Origin: Dehalococcoidia bacterium
GTDB taxonomy: Bacteria; Chloroflexota; Dehalococcoidia; DSTF01; JACRBR01
Assembly: GCA_038227375.1 (NCBI GenBank)
Contig: JBBRPY010000007.1
Coordinates: 6,681-70,680, forward strand
Direction of reading: 5' to 3'
Length of the DNA stretch: 64,000 bases
Shown here: in pieces, positions 27,622 to 37,007 of the stretch
Layout of the letters: every line of letters starts with the position of its first letter
How positions within the stretch are numbered: position 1 is the stretch's first letter
Program-made: the position numbers and the translations under genes
Notes under the pieces: generated by a model
Seen by the model: only the letters and a program-made list of their open reading frames with translations
What the model was told of the DNA's origin: nothing
Databases searched by the model: none

Positions 27622-27782
27622 CCGGTACGTCACATCTGCCCCGTCCGACAACGCGCGGCCCGCTTGGCGATCATTGGTGATCTTGCGGACGCGCCTGCAT
27701 GTGCTCTCCAACGCCGTGGGCCGAAGTCAGCGTGGTATAGTTGCGGCTCAACGCGCATGCATCGTAGACGCGGGAGGAGCCC

Positions 27783-28898
27783 ATGGGCGACACGCTGCCG
27801 AAGTTCACCGCAGCCGCCGTGCAGGCAGCGCCGCTGTTTCTCGACCGCGACGCGACCGTTGAGAAAGCCTGCGACCTGATCTCCGATGCGGCCAGCGCGG
27901 GCGCGGACCTTATCGTCTTTCCCGAGACGTGGGTGCCCGGATACCCCTTCTGGCATGCGTCGCCCGGCGTGTTTTCGGGCAACACCTTCGCCGAACTCTG
28001 GAAGAATTCAGTGGAAGTTGCCTCCGCCTCAACGAACAGGCTGGGAGAAGCCGCCCGCCAGGCAAACGCCTACGTCGTCATCGGCATCAACGAGCGATGC
28101 ACGGTCAGCCGCGGCACCCTCTACAACACGATGCTTTACTTCGCGCCGACTGGTGAGGTGGTCCACCGGCACCGCAAGCTCATGCCCACGTTCACGGAGC
28201 GAACGATCTGGGGGATGGGCGACGGGAGCGACCTGTCAGTGCTCGATACGCCGCTGGGCCGTCTCGGCGGCCTGATCTGCTGGGAGCACGAGATGACGCT
28301 CGCCAAGTACGCGCTCTACGCGCAGGGCGAGCAAGTGCACTGCGCGACGTGGCCCGCATTCTCGCACCAGAACAACCACATCGATTTTGGCATGCGACAG
28401 TACGCATTCGAGGGCGCCTGCTTCGTCGTGTCATCCTGCGGGCTTGTCACGCCCGGTTCGATGCCGGCCGCGCTCGAAGGCGATCATCTGCGCGCAAACG
28501 GTGGAAGCGGGATCATCGGCCCCGATGGGGAGTACCTCGCGGGCCCGATCTACGACAAGGAAGAGACCCTCTACGCCGAGATCGACCTTGAAGTGGCCCT
28601 CCGCGAGAAGCATTCGCGCGACATCGCCGGACACTATGCGCGGCCCGACGTCCTCCAGTTGGTGGTGCATGCGGAGCGCAAAGCGTCGATGACCGTAGGC
28701 TCGATCGCGGCGCGAGAAGAGCCCCTCGACGGCGCCACCGCGGAGGAAGTGGTGGACCGCCTGGAAGCCGTCCGGGAATACCTCGGCAGCCTCATCGGGC
28801 GGATCGAGACGGACGGCGATTCCGAGGTGAACGCCGCGCTCGCCGAAGCGCTGGCGTCCATCGACCTGGCCGCCGCCGGCATGTGGAGCAGCAAGTAG
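27783..28898 (+). CDS. Nitrilase (carbon-nitrogen hydrolase branch 1) with C-terminal extension
   Basis: Triad FPE, HRKLMPT, ICWEH; GHYARPD. Confidence 0.92.
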   Translation: MGDTLPKFTAAAVQAAPLFLDRDATVEKACDLISDAASAGADLIVFPETWVPGYPFWHASPGVFSGNTFAELWKNSVEVASASTNRLGEAARQANAYVVIGINERCTVSRGTLYNTMLYFAPTGEVVHRHRKLMPTFTERTIWGMGDGSDLSVLDTPLGRLGGLICWEHEMTLAKYALYAQGEQVHCATWPAFSHQNNHIDFGMRQYAFEGACFVVSSCGLVTPGSMPAALEGDHLRANGGSGIIGPDGEYLAGPIYDKEETLYAEIDLEVALREKHSRDIAGHYARPDVLQLVVHAERKASMTVGSIAAREEPLDGATAEEVVDRLEAVREYLGSLIGRIETDGDSEVNAALAEALASIDLAAAGMWSSK

Positions 28899-28902
28899 CG
28901 CC

Positions 28903-29592
28903 TTGCCGACGAACGCGGGGCCCGAACCAACTCCCTCGCCTGCCAAGGCCAACCTGCGCTCGCAGATGCGCAAACGCCGCCTCCCCTACGACGCGGAAGC
29001 GGCGCAGCAACATCTCGCGGCCGTCGATCCCGTGATGAAAGAGGTTATCGATGGCGTGGGCGAGTACGCCATCGAGGTCCGCGGCGAGCCGTACCAACAA
29101 CTGCTTCGCTCGATCCTGTACCAGCAACTCGCTGGCGCAGCCGCAGCTGCGATCGAGCGCCGCTTTCTGGCGATCTTTGGCGGCATTCCGTCGCCCGACG
29201 AACTGGCGCTGGTTTCCGATGAAGCGGTGCGAGCCGCAGGCGTCTCGCGCCAGAAGGCCGGCTACATGCGCAGCCTGGCGGAACGATTCGCCTCCGGAGC
29301 GCTCGACGACAAGACGCTCCGGCGCGCCTCCGATGCCGACGTGATCGAGATGGTCACCGAGGTCAAGGGGATCGGGCGCTGGACGGCCGACATGTTGCTG
29401 CTCTTCTGCCTCGGCCGGCCTGACGTGCTGCCCGTAGGCGACCTCGGCGTGCAGAACGCGATGCGTTCCGCCTACGGCCTTGCGGCGCCGCCAAAACCGG
29501 CGGCGATGGAGGCGATAGCGGAGCGATGGCGCCCGTACCGCAGCGCGGGTACCTGGTACCTCTGGCGGCGCACCGACATCGTGACGCTGTAG
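28903..29592 (+). CDS. DNA-3-methyladenine glycosylase II (AlkA-like HhH-GPD)
   Basis: SILYQQL, KGIGRWTADM, DVLPVGDLG, WRPYRS. Confidence 0.92.
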   Translation: MPTNAGPEPTPSPAKANLRSQMRKRRLPYDAEAAQQHLAAVDPVMKEVIDGVGEYAIEVRGEPYQQLLRSILYQQLAGAAAAAIERRFLAIFGGIPSPDELALVSDEAVRAAGVSRQKAGYMRSLAERFASGALDDKTLRRASDADVIEMVTEVKGIGRWTADMLLLFCLGRPDVLPVGDLGVQNAMRSAYGLAAPPKPAAMEAIAERWRPYRSAGTWYLWRRTDIVTL

Positions 29593-29603
29593 CGGCTCAT
29601 ACG

Positions 29604-29981
29604 ATGCACGAGATCGACCGCGCGGAGTACGAGTCGGTGGTGATGCGCGCCGTGCAGGGACTGCCTGAGGCGTTCCGCGAGCGCATCTCGAACCTCGAGT
29701 TCGCAGTGGAGGATTGGGCGCAGCCGGACGACTACGCCCGCGGTGGCACGCCGCCCGGCAGCACGATCCTTGGCATCTATCGCGGCGTGCCTCTTCCAAA
29801 GCGCCACGCCGGGTACAACATGATGCTGCCGGACCGCATCGTCATCTTCCGGGAACCGCTCCAGCGGATCGCCCGGGACGAAGCGGATCTGACCGCTCGC
29901 ATCGAGCACGTCGTGCGGCACGAGATCGCGCACTATTTCGGCATCAGCGATGAACGCCTGCGCGAGATCGACGCCTACTGA
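29604..29981 (+). CDS. Zinicin-like metallopeptidase
   Basis: LGIYRGVP, PDRIVIFR, VRHEIAHYFG (HExxH). Confidence 0.88.
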   Translation: MHEIDRAEYESVVMRAVQGLPEAFRERISNLEFAVEDWAQPDDYARGGTPPGSTILGIYRGVPLPKRHAGYNMMLPDRIVIFREPLQRIARDEADLTARIEHVVRHEIAHYFGISDERLREIDAY

Positions 29982-29999
29982 TCGCGAGCGGCCTCCTGC

Positions 30000-31481
30000 T
30001 CAACCGCACGCGGCGTTGTCTGCGGTCAATCGCGGACAGACGACGTAGAACGCGATGCCCCCGCGATCCCAACCCGGACGATCCCGGACCGACAGCGCCT
30101 CCTGACTATCGCGGCGCCAGCGGTACACCGGCTGGGTGTGGATGGCGCCGCCGTCGGCCGACGCATAGACGTAGAACGCAGGTGCTCCCGGTACCGTGGG
30201 CGGCCGGATGGTGTACGTGCCGTCGCCTGAGACGGAGACTGGCGCGAGGCCGTCGACCTGGCGGCCCGACGCGTAGAACGAGACACCCTGGTCGGTGAAG
30301 CCGGCGCCGGGCGATGCGGCGGCGAAGCGCAGCGCACCACCAGCATCCTTCCACTCGTGAATCGCCACGCCGAGGTGCAGTTCCACTAGCGTGACATCGT
30401 ATGGCTTCTGGCTCGAGAACGTCACGTACAGCGTCGACGGGTCGTGCGACGACAGCTCCTTGTGTACTTCCGCGCTGTAGCAGTACGGATAGACATCCTC
30501 GACCAGCGGGCGGCAGTCGAGCCAAGTCACCGGCTCCGACCACGGCCCCCAGGGGTGTTCCGCCGTACGGACGGCGACCGTCGCTAGTTGTCCGTTGTAC
30601 ATCGCCAGCCACTTGCCGCTGGCGTCGTCGAACGTGACCGAGACTCCGTTGTCCGCGGGCAGGCCCTCTGCGCCTTCGGGCGCGGCCCATATCGGCTGCG
30701 CCGCTTGCGGTCGCGGTTGCCATCGCGTTCCATCCCAGTAGGTGTACGCGCCGACGTCCGCCAGGCGGTCGATCGGCGCGCGCGCCACGTAGTTCGCGCC
30801 GCGCTCGGTGCGCAGGTAGACGATGACATCCGCCCCATCGCGTACGGGCGATCGCGCGCCGGCGAGCCGGTCGCCGAAGCCGCTGTTCGCGTCCCAGATG
30901 GTCTCCGCCGTCCGGGCGCCGTCGGTGGATCCGGCGGCCACGCGTCCAAGCCCGACAGAGGAGACGTGCCAGGCGAACGGAGAATCGCGACGCACCTTCA
31001 CCATGTAGAACACGATGCTGCCGTCGTCGAGGACGAGGGTGCCGTCAGGCCAGGCGGTCGTCTCCTCCGCCGGAGGGAAGAGCGGCTGCGCGACGCCCGC
31101 GCTCTTCTTGAAGTCGAGGCGCACGCAGTCCTTGCCCTCGACATCCGTGCTCGTCGCGACCGCCGCCGGGACCACGTCCTGCCGGCCGCCGGGGCCGTTG
31201 CGGATCGTGTCTCCGAACAGCCAGTAGCTCCTGCCGCCGGCGACGACGCTGGCGGCGCCGTCGGCGCCCCGCACCTGCGCGACGGCGGAGTCGGGGTTGT
31301 CGGCGATGAGACGGCAGACCATGCGCGCGGCGACGACAACAGGGGCAGCCGCCTGCGAGGGTGACGCTGTGACGATGTCGCTGCCTGCGGCGTGACCACC
31401 GGGCGATTGGGAGCACGCCGACAGGCCTACAGCGACACAACACAGCGCGAACGCTGTCAAGAATTGGGGTCGAAGGATCAT
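30000..31481 (-). CDS. Putative lipoprotein, DUF4185-like beta-propeller
   Basis: Lipobox GLSAC, YWLFGDT, YTYWDG, PWGPWS. Confidence 0.7.
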   Translation of the reverse strand: MILRPQFLTAFALCCVAVGLSACSQSPGGHAAGSDIVTASPSQAAAPVVVAARMVCRLIADNPDSAVAQVRGADGAASVVAGGRSYWLFGDTIRNGPGGRQDVVPAAVATSTDVEGKDCVRLDFKKSAGVAQPLFPPAEETTAWPDGTLVLDDGSIVFYMVKVRRDSPFAWHVSSVGLGRVAAGSTDGARTAETIWDANSGFGDRLAGARSPVRDGADVIVYLRTERGANYVARAPIDRLADVGAYTYWDGTRWQPRPQAAQPIWAAPEGAEGLPADNGVSVTFDDASGKWLAMYNGQLATVAVRTAEHPWGPWSEPVTWLDCRPLVEDVYPYCYSAEVHKELSSHDPSTLYVTFSSQKPYDVTLVELHLGVAIHEWKDAGGALRFAAASPGAGFTDQGVSFYASGRQVDGLAPVSVSGDGTYTIRPPTVPGAPAFYVYASADGGAIHTQPVYRWRRDSQEALSVRDRPGWDRGGIAFYVVCPRLTADNAACG

Positions 31482-31584
31482 CCGGCTCCTGAAACGGCGA
31501 GGGGTGTCATGATAGGAGAACGCCCGCGGCGGTAAAAGGTCAACGCATGCCCGCACGGTCGCGGTGACGCATACAGCCAGCGCA

Positions 31585-31818
31585 TCAACGGCGGCGGTAC
31601 CAGCGCTGGGCCGCGACACCAGACCAGACGATCTCGACCACGCCGAAAGGCCAGGCGCCCTGCAGGAACCCATACAGCGACGACGCCAGGCACGCGGCCG
31701 CGAACGCCAGCAGAACGATCGCCGCGCGCTCCTCCAGTGCGTAGAAGAGCAGCATCGACCCGACCGCGATGACGCCGAAGACCGTGAGCGTCAAGAGGTC
31801 AGCCTCAACCTCTGGCAA
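31585..31818 (-). CDS. Small membrane protein (three TMs)
   Basis: Hydrophobic, YGFLQGAWPFGVVEIVW motif; start uncertain. Confidence 0.7.
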   Translation of the reverse strand: MPEVEADLLTLTVFGVIAVGSMLLFYALEERAAIVLLAFAAACLASSLYGFLQGAWPFGVVEIVWSGVAAQRWYRRR

Positions 31819-31926
31819 GCGCCTCGAAGCTGTTTACGAGCGTGTCGGGTTGCGATGTGCACTGCCTTCGTCTCCTCCAGCAACCGCATCGTTGAAACAC
31901 GGCCAGTTCGCTTGGACAGCACCGCC

Positions 31927-33303
31927 TCAGTACCGCGCGGCGACGCCGTGCGTACGTGCGCCTTCGTCCGACTCCTCGTTCCGGCCACGGAATACGAGCT
32001 TGATCGCTGTGCCGTCGAACCCGAAGGTCCGGCGGATGACGTTCTCCATGTACCGTCGGTAGCCGAAGTGCACATTCGACGCCACGTTCAGGAAGAAGAC
32101 GAAGGTCGGCGGGTCGACCTCCGCCTGCGTGACGTAGAGCAGCTTGATGCGATTGCCCTTCGGCGGCGCCGGCGGCGGCTTCTCGGCGACGGCCCGGCGC
32201 ACTGCCTGGTTGAGCGCGCCCGTATCGACGTGCCGCTGTCTCTCCTCGCCGACGCGCACGCATTCGGCGAGAAGCTCCGGAATGCCGGTGCCCTCCTTCG
32301 CCGAGATGAAGCGGATCGACACCCACGAGGCGAATTTTAGTTTCCAGCGAAGGCGCTTCTCCCAGGCTTCCTGATCCCACTCCTCGTCGCGCACGAGGTC
32401 CCACTTCTTGGCGGCGACGATGACGCCACGTGCCGCATCGAGGGCGAAGCCGATCACGTGCGCATCCTGCGCCGTGAAGCTCTCGGAGAGATCGAAGAGG
32501 CAAAGGGCGACCTGCGCCCGTTCGAGGGCGCGGCGCGCACGCAGGGTCGAATGCTTCTCGACGCCCGGCTCGATCGAGCCTCGCCGTCGCAGACCGGCCG
32601 TATCGATCAGCACGAGGGGATGTCCCTCAAAGTCGAACGTCGTGTCGATCGCATCCCTCGTTGTGCCAGGCACCTCGCTGACGATGACGCGATCCTCGCC
32701 GAGAATGGCATTGAGCAGCGACGACTTCCCCACATTGGGCCGCCCGACGATCGCCAGCCGCAGGCCCTCGTCGGCCTCCTCGGCTTCGGACGGCGGCAGT
32801 GTATCGACGATCATGTCGAGCACATCAGCGACGCCGTGGCCGTGGTGCGCGCTGATCGGGATCGGCTCGCCAACGCCCAGCTCGTAGAACGAGATGGCGG
32901 CCTCCTCACGCTCGCGGTTCTCGGCCTTGTTCACGATCAGCAGCACCGGCTTGTTCGAGCGGCGAAGCATCTCGGCGACTTCCTGATCGGCGGCGGTCGA
33001 CCCGCTAATCGAATCGACCACGAAGAGGACAAGCTGCGCTTCGGCGAGCGCGTATTCCACCTGCGAGCGAATGAGCGGCGTGTAGGTGCCGGGCACGTCG
33101 GGCTCGAGGCCGCCGGTGTCGACCACCTGGAACTCGCGGTCGCGCCATTCGACTTCGCCGTAGATGCGGTCGCGGGTCGTCCCCGCAAGGTCTTCCACCA
33201 GAGCGGGGCGCCCTCCGACCATCCGGTTGAACAGCGCCGACTTCCCCACGTTCGGCCGGCCGACGATGGCGACGATCGCTTGTTTGGAAGGCGTGGTCAC
33301 CAT
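31927..33303 (-). CDS. der: Ribosome biogenesis GTPase Der (EngA)
   Basis: Two [13 protein letters not shown] GTPase domains and KH-like C-terminus (PPTFVFF, YRRYMEN). Confidence 0.96.
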   Translation of the reverse strand: MVTTPSKQAIVAIVGRPNVGKSALFNRMVGGRPALVEDLAGTTRDRIYGEVEWRDREFQVVDTGGLEPDVPGTYTPLIRSQVEYALAEAQLVLFVVDSISGSTAADQEVAEMLRRSNKPVLLIVNKAENREREEAAISFYELGVGEPIPISAHHGHGVADVLDMIVDTLPPSEAEEADEGLRLAIVGRPNVGKSSLLNAILGEDRVIVSEVPGTTRDAIDTTFDFEGHPLVLIDTAGLRRRGSIEPGVEKHSTLRARRALERAQVALCLFDLSESFTAQDAHVIGFALDAARGVIVAAKKWDLVRDEEWDQEAWEKRLRWKLKFASWVSIRFISAKEGTGIPELLAECVRVGEERQRHVDTGALNQAVRRAVAEKPPPAPPKGNRIKLLYVTQAEVDPPTFVFFLNVASNVHFGYRRYMENVIRRTFGFDGTAIKLVFRGRNEESDEGARTHGVAARY

Positions 33304-33346
33304 GCCCTACCTTCCGCCAACGAACTTTGGCAGCAGAACCGCGCGC

Positions 33347-33381
33347 CATCCAACATCCAACATCCAACTTCCAACATCTAG
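33347..33381. repeat. Heptamer tandem repeat (CATCCAA)x5, degenerate
   Basis: catccaa catccaa catccaa cttccaa catctag right after the cdaR stop. Confidence 0.85.
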
Positions 33382-33382
33382 A

Positions 33383-34645
33383 TCACCTGCGCTCCGAGAG
33401 GGCGATGCCGATCTGCCCCGGGTCGGTGCGCGTCACCGACGTGCCCGCGGGCGGCGTCACCTGCAGCGGCAGCGCGTGCAGTCCGGCGGCAAGCCCCTGC
33501 GCATCCGCCGTGACGATGATCGACGCCGGCGCAACGGCCTGGAGGACCGGCAGATCGCCCGATATCGTCACCGAGACGGCTTGCGGCGGCGTCAGCGCCA
33601 GGCCCGAAGCGACGTTCCGGATCTGCGGCGCGACGCTGTAGGTCGCCTCACCGCGCGCTGGCCTGATCGATATCGTTACCTTGACCGAGGCAGAGCCCCG
33701 CACGGCTGTCCCCGCCGGCAACACCACCTGCACCGCCCGCACGACATCCGCCCGCGCGTCCGCAATCGAGATCTCCTCCGTGGAGATGCCCTTCACGGCG
33801 TCGATCGACTGGAGCACGTCGAGCGGGCCGGTGACCAAGATCAGCGCCGGTTCCACGCCGACGCCGCCGATGTTATAACCCGTGGCCGGCGCGCCCGTAA
33901 CCAACGGGTTGACGCGAAATTCAATGCTGAACTCCTTTTGTTCCAGGTCGACGTTGACGCTCGCCCGGGGAGGATTGAGCTTGACGCGGCTAACATCGCC
34001 GCCCCGCACGTCGCGCGGCTTGAGGTCGATGCTGTCGGTGACGTCGGCGCGGAGGCCCGTAAGGTTCACCTCCGCGACCGCCGAATCCACGAGCGCCACG
34101 AGGCTCTCCGGGCCTGTGACGGTGACGCTCTCCGGCTGCGACGTCTGCCCCACCGCGCCGAACCCCTGCTGCGGCGAGCCAAGCAGCGCTACATTGACCC
34201 GCACCTGGTTGCTGCGCAGGTTTTCGAGGGTGATATCGACGTGGTCGGGAGTTGTCGTCGCCACGCTGACGTTGGCGCTCGCGGGCGCGACATCGACGGC
34301 GACGCTCGCCTGGCCCTTCGCCACCCCACCTAGGTCCACGGTCGCCTGAAAGTCGTCGGCGCGCAGACTCTTCAGCTGATTTGCCGTCGCTTCGACGCGA
34401 ATGCGCACGCTCGTCTCCGATGCGTTCGCAACCGCGAGGTCGTTCGGCACGTTGACGAACTTCACCGGGATCGCGCTGCTGAAGCTCTGCACCTGCTTGG
34501 GGTTCTCGCGGTCGATGACGAAGAGCCAGAGGCTCAGCCCCAGCGCCACCGAAAGCAGCGCAAGGCTCATGTTGCCGAACGTGGCCGTGATCACGCCGCG
34601 GCCGAGGAAGAGCATCGCGCCCGGCAGGCGGCGGAACGTCCCCAT
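33383..34645 (-). CDS. cdaR: CdaR/YbbR-domain regulator of diadenylate cyclase
   Basis: N-terminal TM (LSVALGLSLWLFV), repeated P..V.VTGP YbbR units, directly downstream of cdaA. Confidence 0.88.
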   Translation of the reverse strand: MGTFRRLPGAMLFLGRGVITATFGNMSLALLSVALGLSLWLFVIDRENPKQVQSFSSAIPVKFVNVPNDLAVANASETSVRIRVEATANQLKSLRADDFQATVDLGGVAKGQASVAVDVAPASANVSVATTTPDHVDITLENLRSNQVRVNVALLGSPQQGFGAVGQTSQPESVTVTGPESLVALVDSAVAEVNLTGLRADVTDSIDLKPRDVRGGDVSRVKLNPPRASVNVDLEQKEFSIEFRVNPLVTGAPATGYNIGGVGVEPALILVTGPLDVLQSIDAVKGISTEEISIADARADVVRAVQVVLPAGTAVRGSASVKVTISIRPARGEATYSVAPQIRNVASGLALTPPQAVSVTISGDLPVLQAVAPASIIVTADAQGLAAGLHALPLQVTPPAGTSVTRTDPGQIGIALSERR

Positions 34646-35439
34646 CAGTGCCGCCCGTTCCGGTGATTCCCCGCCAGCCGGTCGAGCAGCGCGCGTAGCC
34701 GCGGTTCATCGAGGCGCGTGTACATCCGCCCTTCTGCCGCCACGGAAATGGCGCCCGTCTCTTCGGACACAACGACCGAGATCGCATCCGTCCCTTCGGT
34801 GATGCCGAGGCCCGCCCGGTGCCGCGTGCCCAGCTCTCCTGGCAGGCTATTCTGCGACAGCGGCAGCGTCACGGCAGCCGCCACGACGCGGTTGCTGCGG
34901 ACGATCACCGCGCCATCGTGCAGCGGTGAGTTCGGAAAGAAGATGCCGTGCAGCAGCTCCGGCGACGGCAGCGCGTCCACCGGGACGCCGCTTTCGATGT
35001 AGTCCTGGAGCCCGGTCTCGCGCTCGAGGACGATCAGCGCGCCCACCTTGCGCTTTGCCATGTCCGACGCCGCCTCACTCACTGCCTCGATCGTGCCGGG
35101 GTTGCTGCTGATGCTCGCGCCGAACGCCCGCGAGCCCGTGCGACCGACGCGTTCGAGCGCGCGCCGCAGCTCCGGCTGGAAGATGATCGGCAGCGCGATC
35201 AGCAAGCCGGTGAACGAGTTGCGCAAGAGGAAGTTCAGCACGCGCAGATCGAAGATGCGGGCGAGCAGAAAGGCGCCGATGAGGAGAATGAAGGCGCCGC
35301 GCATGACGGCCATCGCCGTCGTGCCGCGAAGGAGCATCAGCACGCCAAAAAAGATCAGCGAGATCAGGGCGACATCGAGCGCCGAAGTCGCATCGAACTG
35401 CTGGAAGTCGTCGCGGAGCAGCTGGAGGAGGTCGCTCAT
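34645..35439 (-). CDS. cdaA: Diadenylate cyclase CdaA
   Basis: Three TMs, IFQPELRRALE, PLHDGA, GTRHRA, VSEETG. Confidence 0.96.
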   Translation of the reverse strand: MSDLLQLLRDDFQQFDATSALDVALISLIFFGVLMLLRGTTAMAVMRGAFILLIGAFLLARIFDLRVLNFLLRNSFTGLLIALPIIFQPELRRALERVGRTGSRAFGASISSNPGTIEAVSEAASDMAKRKVGALIVLERETGLQDYIESGVPVDALPSPELLHGIFFPNSPLHDGAVIVRSNRVVAAAVTLPLSQNSLPGELGTRHRAGLGITEGTDAISVVVSEETGAISVAAEGRMYTRLDEPRLRALLDRLAGNHRNGRH

Positions 35440-35451
35440 GGGCGTCGCGAC

Positions 35452-36378
35452 CTATACGTCGTGGTCGCTCGTGGTGAGCGCCAGGATCGCTTTCTGCGCG
35501 TGCAGCCGGTTCTCGGCCTGATCGAAGACGACGGACTGCGGGCCTTCGATCACCTCCTCCATCACTTCTTCGCCGCGATGGGCCGGCAGGTCGTGCATGA
35601 AGATGGCCGTGGGCTTGGCAAGCGCCATCAGGTCGGCTGTGATGGCGAAGCCGGTGAACGCCTCGCGGCGCTCCGCGATCGAATCCTCCTGCCCCATGCT
35701 CGCCCAGACGTCGGTGTAGACGACGTCGGCGTCCCGGATGGCGGCGGCCGGTGCGTCGTACAGATCGACGGCGCCGCCGCTTCGGGCAGCCAGATCGCGG
35801 ATGAGGCGCTGCGCCGGTTCCGGGAGCTCGTAGCCCGCCGGTGCGGCCATCGCGAACGACATGCCGACCAGCGCGGCGCCCTCGGCCAGCGAGACGGCGA
35901 CGTTGAAGCCATCTCCGACAAACGCCAGCCGGATGCCTCGTAGCCTCCCAAACCGCTCGAGCACCGTCAGCAGGTCGGCCATCGCCTGGCACGGGTGCTC
36001 CTCGTCGGACAGCGCGTTGATCACCGGCACATCCGCGTGGCGCGCCAGGTCCAGCAGCGTCTGGTGCTGGTATGTACGGGCGGCGATCACGTCGACGTAC
36101 CGGGCGAGCACGCGCGAGACGTCGGCCACGGACTCGCGCTGGCCGAGGCCGACCTCCGCCTGGCTGAGATAGATCGCGTGCCCGCCCAGCTCCTGCATCG
36201 CCACGTCGAAGCTGACGCGGGTGCGAAGCGACGGCTTCTCGAAGAGCAACGCCAGCGTCTTGCCGCGCAGGAGGTCGTGGCCGCCGCCATCCCGCTTCAG
36301 GCTCAGGGCCGTCTGCAGGGTGCGCTCGATCTCGTCCGGCGAGAGATCGGCGATAGAGAGGACGTCGCGCCCGCGCAT
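35452..36378 (-). CDS. argF: Ornithine carbamoyltransferase
   Basis: FEKPSLRTR, HPCQ, YTDVWASMGQE, HDLPAHRG; GGAGG RBS before ATG 36378. Confidence 0.93.
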   Translation of the reverse strand: MRGRDVLSIADLSPDEIERTLQTALSLKRDGGGHDLLRGKTLALLFEKPSLRTRVSFDVAMQELGGHAIYLSQAEVGLGQRESVADVSRVLARYVDVIAARTYQHQTLLDLARHADVPVINALSDEEHPCQAMADLLTVLERFGRLRGIRLAFVGDGFNVAVSLAEGAALVGMSFAMAAPAGYELPEPAQRLIRDLAARSGGAVDLYDAPAAAIRDADVVYTDVWASMGQEDSIAERREAFTGFAITADLMALAKPTAIFMHDLPAHRGEEVMEEVIEGPQSVVFDQAENRLHAQKAILALTTSDHDV

Positions 36379-36452
36379 GGTGCCTCCGCAGCTTCGATGT
36401 GAGCGCAGTATAACGCCGTTCCGAGTCTGGAGACGGCGCTTCAGGGGTCGAT

Positions 36453-36480
36453 TCAAGATGGCAGCGCCCCAAGCCGATAC
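36453..36480 (+). promoter_or_regulatory. sigma28-type promoter of the tadE-tadG-tadE locus
   Basis: TCAAG-N15-GCCGATAC, ~80 nt upstream of tadE. Confidence 0.68.
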
Positions 36481-36561
36481 TGAGATCGGAAGAATGGGTG
36501 GAGGGACTCTGACGCCGGCGGTTCTCCGCTGCCACGCATCTGCCGCCTGAGGGATCACGCA

Positions 36562-36999
36562 ATGCCCAGCACGCCCGGCTTCAATCCCCAGCAGTCCGTC
36601 GCCGGCCGGCGCCGTACTTCGGGCCAGCGCGGCCAGGGCACGGCGGAGCTGGCGCTGATGTTGCCGCTGTTGCTGATCTTGATCGTCGGCATCATCGAAT
36701 CGACCGCTGCCTTCAACGCATACACGACCGTCGTCAGCGGCTCTCGCGACGGCGCTCGTCTCGGGTCGAAGGGCGCGGCGACCACCGCGCAGATCCAGAC
36801 GCTTGTCGTGAAGGACCTCGGGCGCCTGAAGAACACCACCCCCGCTTCGAACATCACTGTGTCGTTTCCTGTCGTCTCAGGAGTGAACTCCATCAAGGTG
36901 CGAGCCTGCTACAACCACACCACGTTTCTGAAGGTGCCGTTGATCATGCCGAACTCCATCCAGATGTGCTCCGAGACGACGATGCCGAAACTCAGTTGA
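36562..36999 (+). CDS. tadE: TadE-like pseudopilin
   Basis: RGQGTAELALMLPLL prepilin motif, SRDGAR. Confidence 0.88.
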   Translation: MPSTPGFNPQQSVAGRRRTSGQRGQGTAELALMLPLLLILIVGIIESTAAFNAYTTVVSGSRDGARLGSKGAATTAQIQTLVVKDLGRLKNTTPASNITVSFPVVSGVNSIKVRACYNHTTFLKVPLIMPNSIQMCSETTMPKLS

Positions 37000-37007
37000 G
37001 GTGCATC

